Part shown: positions 32,167 to 40,947 of the stretch, one piece after another
Layout of the letters: every line of letters begins with the position of its first letter
Numbering within the stretch: the first letter of the stretch is position 1
Position numbers and translations under genes: made by a program
Origin: Nitrospirota bacterium
GTDB taxonomy: Bacteria > Nitrospirota > UBA9217
Direction: 5' to 3'
DNA length: 64,000 nt
Assembly: GCA_963749655.1 (NCBI GenBank)
Contig: CAVVOB010000013.1
Coordinates: forward strand, 192,001-256,000
Notes under the pieces: model-generated
What the model saw: the letters and a program-made list of their open reading frames with translations, nothing else
Database searches by the model: none
Told to the model about the DNA's origin: nothing

Positions 32167-33891
32167 CTATTCTATGAACGTGACCCGGTTGATCTCCTTG
32201 ATTGTCGTGTCCCCGGCAAAGACCTTGGCGAGCGCAGACTGGCGGAGCGTGGTCATGCCTTCGGCTATGGCGGCTTTGCGGAGCTCCGAGGAGGGTCGCT
32301 TCTCCAGAATCATTTCCCGGATATGGTCGGAGAGGTCGAGGAATTCGGTGATGGCCTTCCTGCCCCGGTAGCCGGTGAAATTACACTCTTTACACCCGCC
32401 GGCATCGTAGAACCGGTGGTCCTTGTACTGTTGACTGTCGATGGCCGATTCTTCGAGCTCCTTCGGCGTCAGGGTAACCGGTTTTTTGCACCGGGTGCAC
32501 AGGATGCGGACGAGCCGCTGGGCCAGAATGCAGTTGAGCGACGATACGAAATTGTAGGGCTCGATGCCCATGTTGAGGAACCGTCCGAGCACATCGAAGG
32601 CGTTGTTGGCATGGACAGTGGTGAAGACCAGGTGGCCGGTGAGCGCAGACTGGACCGCGATCTGCGCGGTCTCGGCGTCGCGGATCTCGCCGACGAGGAT
32701 TTTGTCGGGGTCGTGCCTGAGGATGGACCGAAGACCGCGCGCAAAGGTGAGGCCTTTTTTCTCGTTCACCGGGATCTGGACCACGCCGCGCAGCTGGTAT
32801 TCCACAGGGTCTTCGATCGTGATGATCTTGTCCTCGCCGGTGTTGATCTCGGTCAGGGCGGCGTAGAGCGTGGTGGTTTTGCCGCTTCCCGTCGGCCCGG
32901 TCACGAGGACCATGCCGTAGGGCTCCCGAATGCTTTTGCGGAAACGGCGGAGATTGCCCTCATCGTGGCCCAGGCTTTCGAGCTTGAGCGTGTTGACGCC
33001 GGCGGTGATGGATTCCTTGTCCAGGATGCGGATGACCACGTCCTCGCCGAAGGCGGCGGGAAGGATCGAGACGCGGAAATCGATGGTCTTGCCGCCGGTC
33101 CGGAGCTTGAAGCGGCCGTCCTGGGGCACGCGGCGTTCGGCGATGTCCAGGTCGCTCATGACCTTGATGCGCGACACGATGGCGCTGTGGAACTTGAAGT
33201 CGATCGGATCGGTGGCGGGGTAGAGCACGCCGTCGATGCGGTACTTGATCACAACGTTCTTTTCCGTCGATTCGATGTGGATGTCGCTGGCCCTGCGCTG
33301 GATGGCGTCGAAGATCGTGGTGTGCATGAGCTTGATGATGGGGCTCTCGTCCTTGTCGATGCTTTCGAGGGACAGGATCTCCTCGCCTTCGCCGTTTTCC
33401 TGCTCCTTGACGATGTGCAGCTTGAAATCTTCGGAAACGGCATGCATCACCTGCTCCGACGAACCGCTCCGCTTCAGGACCGCCTCGATCGCCGTGGGGG
33501 TGCTGACCGAGATCTCGACGGCCCGGTCCAGGATCATTTCGAGCTCGTCGATGGCCGGCAGATTGTTGGGGTCGGTCATGGCCACGACGAGCACCTCGCT
33601 GGACTCCTCCACGGGCACGAACTGGTAGCGCTGCATGAGGTCCACGGGGATCGTTTCGAAGAACCGGGCTCCGATGCGGAAGTCCATGAGGTCGACGTAC
33701 CGCAGACCGCGCTGCTCGGCCAGGGCCTGGGCAAGCATTTCTTCGGAGATCAGCCCCTCGGCCATGAGGAGCTCGCCGATCCGCCGCTGGCGGCCGTCGG
33801 TCTTTGTCAGCACGTCGTTGATCTGCTCCGGGGTCACGGCCCCCTTGGCCGCGAGGATCTCGCCCAGTCGTCTTCGTCGGTAAGATGTCAT
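32167..33891 (-). CDS. gspE: GspE/PilB-type secretion ATPase
   Basis: RLGEIL, ASDIHIE, RVPQDGR, GPTGSGKTTT, TIEDPVE, GEIRD and TGH motifs plus Zn-binding CxxC pairs. Confidence 0.93.
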   Translation of the reverse strand: MTSYRRRRLGEILAAKGAVTPEQINDVLTKTDGRQRRIGELLMAEGLISEEMLAQALAEQRGLRYVDLMDFRIGARFFETIPVDLMQRYQFVPVEESSEVLVVAMTDPNNLPAIDELEMILDRAVEISVSTPTAIEAVLKRSGSSEQVMHAVSEDFKLHIVKEQENGEGEEILSLESIDKDESPIIKLMHTTIFDAIQRRASDIHIESTEKNVVIKYRIDGVLYPATDPIDFKFHSAIVSRIKVMSDLDIAERRVPQDGRFKLRTGGKTIDFRVSILPAAFGEDVVIRILDKESITAGVNTLKLESLGHDEGNLRRFRKSIREPYGMVLVTGPTGSGKTTTLYAALTEINTGEDKIITIEDPVEYQLRGVVQIPVNEKKGLTFARGLRSILRHDPDKILVGEIRDAETAQIAVQSALTGHLVFTTVHANNAFDVLGRFLNMGIEPYNFVSSLNCILAQRLVRILCTRCKKPVTLTPKELEESAIDSQQYKDHRFYDAGGCKECNFTGYRGRKAITEFLDLSDHIREMILEKRPSSELRKAAIAEGMTTLRQSALAKVFAGDTTIKEINRVTFIE

Positions 33892-35078
33892 TTCAACCTC
33901 GATCCCATTTCGAATATCGGCAGGTAGAGCGCCACGACGATCACCGCCATCACGAGCCCCATGCACAGCATGAGCACGGGCTCGATCATGGTCGTGAGCG
34001 TCGCAAGTCTGTTCTCGACTTCCTGGTCGTAGAAGTCGGCCACATCCTCGAGCATTTGCGGCAGGTCACCGGAGGACTCGCCTACCTCGATCATCCGGAC
34101 CGTCATATCCGGCGCGATCCGGGTGCGGTCGAAGGCATCGGCCAGGCTCACTCCCTCGATCACGAACTCCCGCGTCTTGGTCAGTTTCCTGGCCATGGAA
34201 CGGTTGCTGATCACCCCCGCCGTCGTTTCGAGCGCCTGGACCAGCGGGATGCCGCCGCGGATCACCGTTGCCAGCGTCCGCGTGATCTGCGCGAGCAGGT
34301 ACTGGGTAATGATCGAACGGAGAAGGGGGATCCTGAGCACGACCGCATCGATGGTATTGCGGCCTGAATCGGATTTTCTCCAGAAATGGATCCCCACGCC
34401 GGCTGCGACGATTGCGGCCGCGATCAGCGGCGCGAAGCGGGTAACTATGGCGGTAAAGGACACCAGCAGGCTCGTCAGGAGGGGAAGGGAACCCGCCTGG
34501 TCGCTGTACATCCGGGTGAAGTTGGGAATGACGTAAAAGAAGAAAAGCCCCAGGACCGCCACGAGGGCGACGACGAGGAAGGTCGGATAGGCCAGCGACA
34601 TCTTCAGCTTGCTCATGATGGCAATCATCTTTTTCTGATAGGTGATATACCGCTTGATGACGTCGACGAGCGCGCCGCTCTTTTCTCCCGCGCGAACCGT
34701 GGAGGTGTAGAGCGGCGGGAAGATCGCGGGGTGCTTCGCCATGGCGTCGGACAGCGCCGTGCCTCCGCGGATGTCGTGGATGATCTCCTCGAGGGTGCTG
34801 CGGAACCGGGGATTCTCCATTCGTTTCTGGAGGATTTCCAGTGACTGGAGGATGGGCAGGCCCGCCTTGACGAGGGTGACGAACTCCTGATTGAAGAGGA
34901 GGAACTCCTTGGCGCCGGCGCCGCGGCTGCCGAAGCCCTGGCTCTTCTTGCTGAGGCTCAGGACCAGGTAGCCCCTTCCCTCGAGCTCGCGGCGAAGCTC
35001 GCCGTCGTCAGCGGCCGTGGCCTCCGCCGTGACCGACGTTCCGTCCTCACGCACCGCTTTGTAAACGAATAGAGGCAT
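33888..35078 (-). CDS. gspF: GspF/PilC inner-membrane platform protein
   Basis: AGLPILQSL, AGEKSG, YP, GESSG and EP motifs. Confidence 0.92.
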   Translation of the reverse strand: MPLFVYKAVREDGTSVTAEATAADDGELRRELEGRGYLVLSLSKKSQGFGSRGAGAKEFLLFNQEFVTLVKAGLPILQSLEILQKRMENPRFRSTLEEIIHDIRGGTALSDAMAKHPAIFPPLYTSTVRAGEKSGALVDVIKRYITYQKKMIAIMSKLKMSLAYPTFLVVALVAVLGLFFFYVIPNFTRMYSDQAGSLPLLTSLLVSFTAIVTRFAPLIAAAIVAAGVGIHFWRKSDSGRNTIDAVVLRIPLLRSIITQYLLAQITRTLATVIRGGIPLVQALETTAGVISNRSMARKLTKTREFVIEGVSLADAFDRTRIAPDMTVRMIEVGESSGDLPQMLEDVADFYDQEVENRLATLTTMIEPVLMLCMGLVMAVIVVALYLPIFEMGSRLK

Positions 35079-35084
35079 GGCCTG

Positions 35085-35114
35085 ATAATACCAGAACGGG
35101 GACGGATAAGTCAA
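35085..35114 (-). promoter_or_regulatory. Sigma70 promoter for gspF
   Basis: TTGACT-N18-TATTAT with extended TGn, 6 nt before the ATG. Confidence 0.65.
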
Positions 35115-35225
35115 CAAATGCCCCGGCGTCCGGAGCGGCGATCAACCGCGGACTGCGACCTTTGCGATGACCTTGAATCCCCGGCAGGTTTGTGCGATAC
35201 TGAAATAACGCAGCAGAAGTTCATG

Positions 35226-35440
35226 TAACCACGGATGAACGCGGATTAAACCCAATACGAGAAGTTTGTAACCACGGATGAACACTGATAAACACGGATT
35301 TAACCCGAGGGCCTTTATATCTGGTAAAGTTTTTTATCTGTGTCCATCTGTGTTAATCTGTGGTTTCAGAAGGTTTTAATTTTCTGACCGTGCGCGGCGA
35401 AGCCGCCCGTGGTTACGCAATCCCTGTGTATCTGTGGTTA
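35226..35440. repeat. Palindromic CACGGAT/CACAGAT element, inverted homolog of the 23.4-kb repeat unit
   Basis: The reverse complement shares AACCACGGGCGGCTTCGCCGC...GAAACCACAGAT...ATCCGTGTT..TCAGTGTTCATCCGTGGTTA. Confidence 0.85.
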
Positions 35441-35462
35441 AAGGGTTTTCCCGGAGCGATCT

Positions 35463-36173
35463 ATGCACGACAATCCGATCATACTTCTGTTCATGAAGGC
35501 CCCGGTCCTGGGAAGGGTCAAATCGCGGCTGGCGGAAGCGGTGGGCGAAGAGGCCGCCCTCGACCTGTACAAGCGCTTCGTGCTGGACACCCTGGACATG
35601 GTGACTTCGGTTGATGTTCCTCTGCGGATCTGCTTCGATCCTTCGGCAGGAGAGAACGCGGTTTCATCCTGGCTCGGCCCCGGTTATGAATTGCGGCCCC
35701 AGCAGGGGGGTGATCTCGGGCAGCGCATGGAGCGGGCCTTTGCAGAAGCCTTTGCCGAGGGCTTCGGCCGCGCAGTGCTGCTCGGGACCGACATCCCCGA
35801 TCTTCCGCGAACAGTGGCGGCCGAAGCAATCAGCGCTCTCCAGGATCGTGATGCGGTCATCGGCCCTTCGACCGACGGCGGCTATTACCTCGTCGGGTTT
35901 ACGGCAACGGGGTTTTTCCCTCCAGCGTTCCTCGGCATCCCCTGGAGCACCGACCGGGTGCTTCGCGACACGCTCCGGATCCTCGGAGAGGCGTCGGTCC
36001 GCGTCCATCTTACGCCGACCTGGACCGATGTGGACGATCTGGGGGGTCTGCGGGCGCTTCTTGCGCGGGCGGAAGGATCGGGAAGCCGTGGATCGAGGAC
36101 AATTGAGTATCTCGTTCACAACAGGGAACGGCTGTTCCCCGGGGAGCCATTATGGACAAGAAACCGCTCCTGA
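35463..36173 (+). CDS. TIGR04282/DUF2064-family nucleotidyltransferase-like glycosyltransferase
   Basis: KAPVLGRVKSRL, QQGGDLGQRM, GTDIP, GPSTDGGYYLVG and DVD motifs. Confidence 0.88.
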   Translation: MHDNPIILLFMKAPVLGRVKSRLAEAVGEEAALDLYKRFVLDTLDMVTSVDVPLRICFDPSAGENAVSSWLGPGYELRPQQGGDLGQRMERAFAEAFAEGFGRAVLLGTDIPDLPRTVAAEAISALQDRDAVIGPSTDGGYYLVGFTATGFFPPAFLGIPWSTDRVLRDTLRILGEASVRVHLTPTWTDVDDLGGLRALLARAEGSGSRGSRTIEYLVHNRERLFPGEPLWTRNRS

Positions 36174-36919
36174 TCATCGTCGCGGTTATAATCATATATA
36201 TACTCGAAGGCTTCTACCCCCATTACCGCGGCCGCCGAAACCGGCTGAAGCATGCCTTCCCGCACGCGCTTACGGCGGTCCTGAACGGCGTCCTGACGAA
36301 GCTCGCTTTGGCAGGCGTCACGGCATCGACGATCGCCTGGGCGGAGCAGAACTCGGTGGGACTTACGCGGATGATCAGTCTTCCAGGCCCGGCCGGAGCG
36401 GCCCTCGTGTTCCTTCTCTTCGACGTCTGGATGTACGCCTGGCACAGGGCTAATCACCGGATAGGGTTTCTCTGGCTGTTCCATCGGGCGCACCATGCGG
36501 ACGTGAACATGGACACCACGACAGCCCTGCGCTTTCATCCCGGCGAACTGGTCCTCTCGACGTTCTTCCGTCTGCCGGTCGTGATCGCGCTCGGTATGAG
36601 CTTCGGCCAGCTGGTGCTGTTCGAAACAATGCTCAACCTGGCCACCTTGTTCCATCACAGCAACCTGGCGCTGCCCGAAAGAGGGGACCGGGTGCTCCGG
36701 ACCGTGGTCGTTACGCCGAACATGCACCGGGTGCACCATTCGATCGAAGGGCCGGAGTTGAACTCGAACTTTACGAGTCTGTTGTCGTGCTGGGACCGGC
36801 TTTTCAGGACGTTCAGGATGAGGGAGGACACGCGGGCCATAACGCTGGGGCTCACGGCGTTTCGGGAGCAGTACTGGCAGGGCCTTCCGGGGTTTCTGGC
36901 TACGCCGTTCCGTCGTTGA
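36152..36919 (+). CDS. Sterol desaturase / fatty acid hydroxylase family protein
   Basis: His boxes WHRANH, HRAHH, FHHSN and HRVHH. Confidence 0.9.
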   Translation: MDKKPLLIIVAVIIIYILEGFYPHYRGRRNRLKHAFPHALTAVLNGVLTKLALAGVTASTIAWAEQNSVGLTRMISLPGPAGAALVFLLFDVWMYAWHRANHRIGFLWLFHRAHHADVNMDTTTALRFHPGELVLSTFFRLPVVIALGMSFGQLVLFETMLNLATLFHHSNLALPERGDRVLRTVVVTPNMHRVHHSIEGPELNSNFTSLLSCWDRLFRTFRMREDTRAITLGLTAFREQYWQGLPGFLATPFRR

Positions 36920-37025
36920 TCCAACCGCAGCCACTCATCCACGCTTTTCCGCGATGACTCGAAGGCCGCGTCAACATACTCATTATGCGGAGCATCGTTG
37001 ACTCTCCGCAGGGATCGAGAGAACC

Positions 37026-37712
37026 ATGCGCAATAAACGCATCGTGCTGCTGATACTTTTCATCCTGCTGATCGCGCTCATTCGCTTCTCACCGCTCGGC
37101 AGGGTACTGACCTTCGAGAACCTGCGTGTTCACCGGGACGATTTTGCCGCAGGCGTGCAGGAGCACTATCTCCTGTCGGTGATGATGTTCATCGCCGTCT
37201 ACGTGCTGGCAACAGCGCTCTCGATCCCGGGCGCGGTCATCCTGACCCTCGGCGGGGGCCTGTTGTTCGGCACTTTTGCCGCTACGGTCTATGTGAATAT
37301 AGGCGCTACAGCCGGGGCCGTGCTTGCCTTCCTGTCGGCGCGCTATCTGCTGGGGAACAGGCTCCAGGAAAAATACCGCGATCAACTTAGCAGGTTCAAT
37401 GGCGAGATCGACAAGAACGGGACCAGCTATCTCCTGACCCTGCGGTTCATACCGCTGTTCTCCTTTTTCCTCATCAATTTCCTGTCAGGCCTCACGAAGG
37501 TCCCGCTCCGCACCTTTCTCTGGACCACGGCGGTGGGGATCATCCCCGGGACCGCGGTCTTCGCCTTTGCCGGGAGCCAGATCGGCTCCATCAATTCTCC
37601 CTCGGAGATCCTGTCTCTGAAAGTGCTCGCGGCCTTCGCAGCGCTGGCGCTGTTCGCGCTGGTGCCGGTGTTCTGGAAGTGGTTGAGGAACGAAGGGATG
37701 ACAAAGGAGTAG
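37026..37712 (+). CDS. TVP38/TMEM64 (DedA/SNARE-associated) membrane protein
   Basis: IPGAVILTLGGGLLFG, LRFIPLFSF and GIIPG motifs. Confidence 0.9.
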   Translation: MRNKRIVLLILFILLIALIRFSPLGRVLTFENLRVHRDDFAAGVQEHYLLSVMMFIAVYVLATALSIPGAVILTLGGGLLFGTFAATVYVNIGATAGAVLAFLSARYLLGNRLQEKYRDQLSRFNGEIDKNGTSYLLTLRFIPLFSFFLINFLSGLTKVPLRTFLWTTAVGIIPGTAVFAFAGSQIGSINSPSEILSLKVLAAFAALALFALVPVFWKWLRNEGMTKE

Positions 37713-37957
37713 GGCACCAGGAACAGCGGGCGCCTGTTCTTCATGGTAAAATGTTCCTGGTGCTCCGGCAAATCAGTTTCTCAAAAGGGCAGGAGTATTT
37801 TTCGCGCAAAGCCGCAAAGACGCGAAGAAAGGCCAAATCTTTCGATCCAATTTTTACTTCAAGGTTTTCTTTGCGCCATTGCGGCTTTGCGCGAGATGCC
37901 TTTAGCTTTGATTTATCCGGGTTAATACTCTTTTACCCTGTGGAAGCGGGAGGATTC

Positions 37958-38593
37958 ATGGACTCAAAAAAGAAGGTTGCGACGATACTGAAAAAACTCG
38001 GGAAGGAATACGGCGGAAAGCCCCTTACGGCGCTCAACTTCAACACGCCCTTCGAGTTGCTCGTGGCGACGGTCCTTTCCGCACAGACCACGGACGTGCA
38101 GGTCAACAAGGTCACGGAGAAGCTCTTCAGGAAATACCGCTCAGTCGGGGATTTTGCAAAGGCAAAGCCGGAAGAGCTCGAGCAAGACGTGGCTTCGGTC
38201 AACTTCTACCGGAACAAGGCGAAGAACATCAACAGGACGGCGAAGCTTGTGATCGAGCAGTTCGGCGGTACGGTGCCGCGGACCATGGAGGATCTCATCA
38301 CGCTTCCTGGCGTGGCAAGGAAAACGGCGAACATCGTGCTGTCGGCAGCCTTCGGGATCAACGAGGGGATCGCCGTGGATACCCATGTCAAGCGGCTGGC
38401 ATTCCGGCTCGGCCTGACGAAGCATGACGATCCAGTGAAGGTCGAGAAGGACCTGACGGCCGTCACTCCCCAAAAGGACTGGAGCAATCTGTCGCGGCTC
38501 CTTATCTATCACGGTCGGGCCGTCTGCCACGCCCGGAATCCCGACCATCAATCCTGCGTTTTGTTCGATATTTGCCCGTCCCGGGATATCTGA
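37958..38593 (+). CDS. nth: Endonuclease III
   Basis: FELLVATVLSAQTTD, HhH LPGVARKTAN, VDTHV and a C-terminal Fe-S motif; GGAGG RBS. Confidence 0.95.
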   Translation: MDSKKKVATILKKLGKEYGGKPLTALNFNTPFELLVATVLSAQTTDVQVNKVTEKLFRKYRSVGDFAKAKPEELEQDVASVNFYRNKAKNINRTAKLVIEQFGGTVPRTMEDLITLPGVARKTANIVLSAAFGINEGIAVDTHVKRLAFRLGLTKHDDPVKVEKDLTAVTPQKDWSNLSRLLIYHGRAVCHARNPDHQSCVLFDICPSRDI

Positions 38594-38733
38594 ATGGGTC
38601 GAGGCAGCAACGGATAATGCAGTTGTTTCGGCCCCCGGTCTGTGGTACAATGCCGGCGTTTTTGGATGTTCCCCTCTTGTATTCTCTTCGCCGCGATCAC
38701 TCGATTTTGCCTCTAGTAGAGAGGAGCCGAACT

Positions 38734-39664
38734 ATGGTAAAGGGGTTCCTTCAGTCGTTGACCGTATTCACCACAGCCTGCGCCGCGCTGGTCCTGATGG
38801 GAGCGGACGGCCGCGTGATAAGCTCCGGAACCGGCTCCCACTCCGCCGGTGCCGCCAGCAGCGCCGCTCCAGGCTCTGAAACCGTCCGCAGTAAACCCTC
38901 AGGCAGCGTTTCCACCGGCTCGACAACAAGCGTACCAGGCGCACCCGCGAAAAACATCTCCAGCAGTGTTACGTGCAGTGCTGTCAGCAAACCTACCTGC
39001 AGTATTGTTTCCGGGGGGACCACCACCCACCCGGCCAAAGCCCCCCATGCTCCGGTTACGGCCCCGACAGCCACGGCCGAGACCCTCTCACCTGCTGCAG
39101 AGGAGATCGCCCATGAGATAGGATTCGACCGCCGTGTGCTTCTCATGGTCAAGGCGGAGACGCAGGAGCGCATTCAGCGCCTGATCGGCTATGATGCAGA
39201 TGGCTATCAGATCATGGCCCAGGGCATTGCGGCATCGATTCCAGAGGACAAGACAGACCACGTGCTCTCCCGCCTCCGCAGGCAGCTGGCCCCCATGCAC
39301 TATATCCCCTTCGTAGTCGAGATGAACGAAGGGATCAAGACGGACAAGATCGGAGTCCTCAAGGGGACGGACCAGCTCGAGATCCTGCGCATCATGAATA
39401 CGAACGGGAATGATTACGATATTTCCAATGAAGATGTCATCGAGCAGCTGCAGGAGTGGGAAAAGGTCTTTTCTTTCGAGATCGTGGGCGCGGACAAACG
39501 ACTGGGTGGAGATCGAGTTCAAGACCCTGCCGAAAGATATGAAGGCCTTTGCCGAGGACGTCTACGCGTTCAGTCCCGATGCCGTCGACCAGGGACCCGG
39601 CACAGTAGACGGTCTTATACGGGAGATCAGGAAAACGAACCGGTTGTTTCTCTGGTGGGAGTAA
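38734..39664 (+). CDS. DUF4253-domain exported protein with S/T/P-rich N-terminal linker (frameshift near 39495)
   Basis: NTNGNDYDI motif and C-terminal YAFSPDAVDQG...FLWWE. Confidence 0.75.
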
Positions 39665-39670
39665 AGGGGC

Positions 39671-39700
39671 AAAAAAAAGCAGGCGGAAAATTCCGCCTGC
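39671..39700 (-). terminator. Rho-independent terminator
   Basis: GCAGGCGGAA/TTCCGCCTGC stem followed by T8 on the minus strand. Confidence 0.75.
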
Positions 39701-39772
39701 CGAAAATCAAGTGCTGCAATCACAATAACAGTTGTTCCCGCCTGGAATAATGAAAGGGCGGTATGGTGAAGC

Positions 39773-39988
39773 TTACTTCGTGCCGGTGCCAGCCGTTGCC
39801 GGAGCTGCCTTGGTCTCGGCGGCTGCCTTCTTCGCTGCCTTCTTTTTCTTCTTAGCAACCTTCTTCTTTGCCGGGGCTGCCTCCGTCTTGGGGGCGGCGC
39901 CTGCCGGGGCTGCCTGCTCCTCTGCGAATGCAACGCCGAGGGTCAGAGCAAATGCCATTGCCGTGAAAAGAGCAATAATCTTCTTCAT
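39773..39988 (-). CDS. Small exported Ala/Lys-rich basic protein (Asr-like composition)
   Basis: Signal peptide ending AFA, KKKVAKKKKK run; GGAGG RBS. Confidence 0.8.
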   Translation of the reverse strand: MKKIIALFTAMAFALTLGVAFAEEQAAPAGAAPKTEAAPAKKKVAKKKKKAAKKAAAETKAAPATAGTGTK

Positions 39989-40173
39989 TTAGTTTCACCT
40001 CCCTTCGTCAGTGATTTTTGGGTCATTCAGAGCTTGTAATAATGCATGTCAAATTATCAGATTCGCCCACTCTTGTCAAGTCCAAAGAGATCATGGGGAG
40101 GTGCGGAGGTGCGGCGGACCGGTCCGGACACCCGTTTCCCGGTACAAAACCGGTTGAAAGAGCTATAATTTTC

Positions 40174-40202
40174 TTGACATTCAAAGATGTGTCCTATATT
40201 AT
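40174..40202 (+). promoter_or_regulatory. Sigma70 promoter of the tRNA
   Basis: TTGACA-N17-TATTAT. Confidence 0.8.
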
Positions 40203-40213
40203 GCATCTCTCAT

Positions 40214-40290
<77 letters not shown>

Positions 40291-40299
40291 AACTCATTC

Positions 40300-40332
40300 A
40301 GGGGTTGCAGCTAAAGCTGTAGCCCCTTTTTT
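40300..40332 (+). terminator. Rho-independent terminator
   Basis: AGGGGTTGCAGC-TAAA-GCTGTAGCCCCT followed by a T-run. Confidence 0.85.
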
Positions 40333-40525
40333 ATGTGCATATCATCCAGCGACACTCTGTCCTTTTCGAGAGCCCACCAGTCAGCAAAAACCAACTCTCT
40401 TATTAGTAGCTCTCTTCGTAGGCCTTTGGGATTACCCTTCTTCTACGCTAGCCCCCGTCTTCGCCCGCCCTCGTTCGAGTGTTATAATCAAAGTAGGAAC
40501 CGAAGTCCGAGAGGAGGCGAGTTTT

Positions 40526-40732
40526 ATGGCAGGGCTCGTAAATCGTCTCGTAAAGGATGAACGGGAAACATTGACCGAGGCTTACGAGGTCAGGGCTTTC
40601 AGGGATGACGATGAAATTGTAGTGAGCTTCCCGGAACAGGCACCCGACATCCCCCATGCAGAGACGGGCGCGCTTCAGGCGATCAAGTCCACGATCAAAG
40701 GGCACGGCGAGCAGATCGTACTTCCTGGATGA
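40526..40732 (+). CDS. Small hypothetical protein
   Basis: GGAGG RBS and an upstream TGTTATAAT. Confidence 0.5.
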   Translation: MAGLVNRLVKDERETLTEAYEVRAFRDDDEIVVSFPEQAPDIPHAETGALQAIKSTIKGHGEQIVLPG

Positions 40733-40947
40733 TTGCCAGTTCGGCGACAATGATCTCTGCTACGTAGAGGCTTAGCCCGCTGTACGTAGTCCCCGATCGC
40801 ACCTTAGTACACGAAAGGGGGAAGGTGCGCCTGCAGAAGAAATTACCTCAACTCGCAATACATCCCTCAAGATAAGACACATCGATTCCTTCAGTCCTCA
40901 ATAGAAAATTCGGAATGCGGAATCAGACGCCGGAAGGCGGGGAATAC

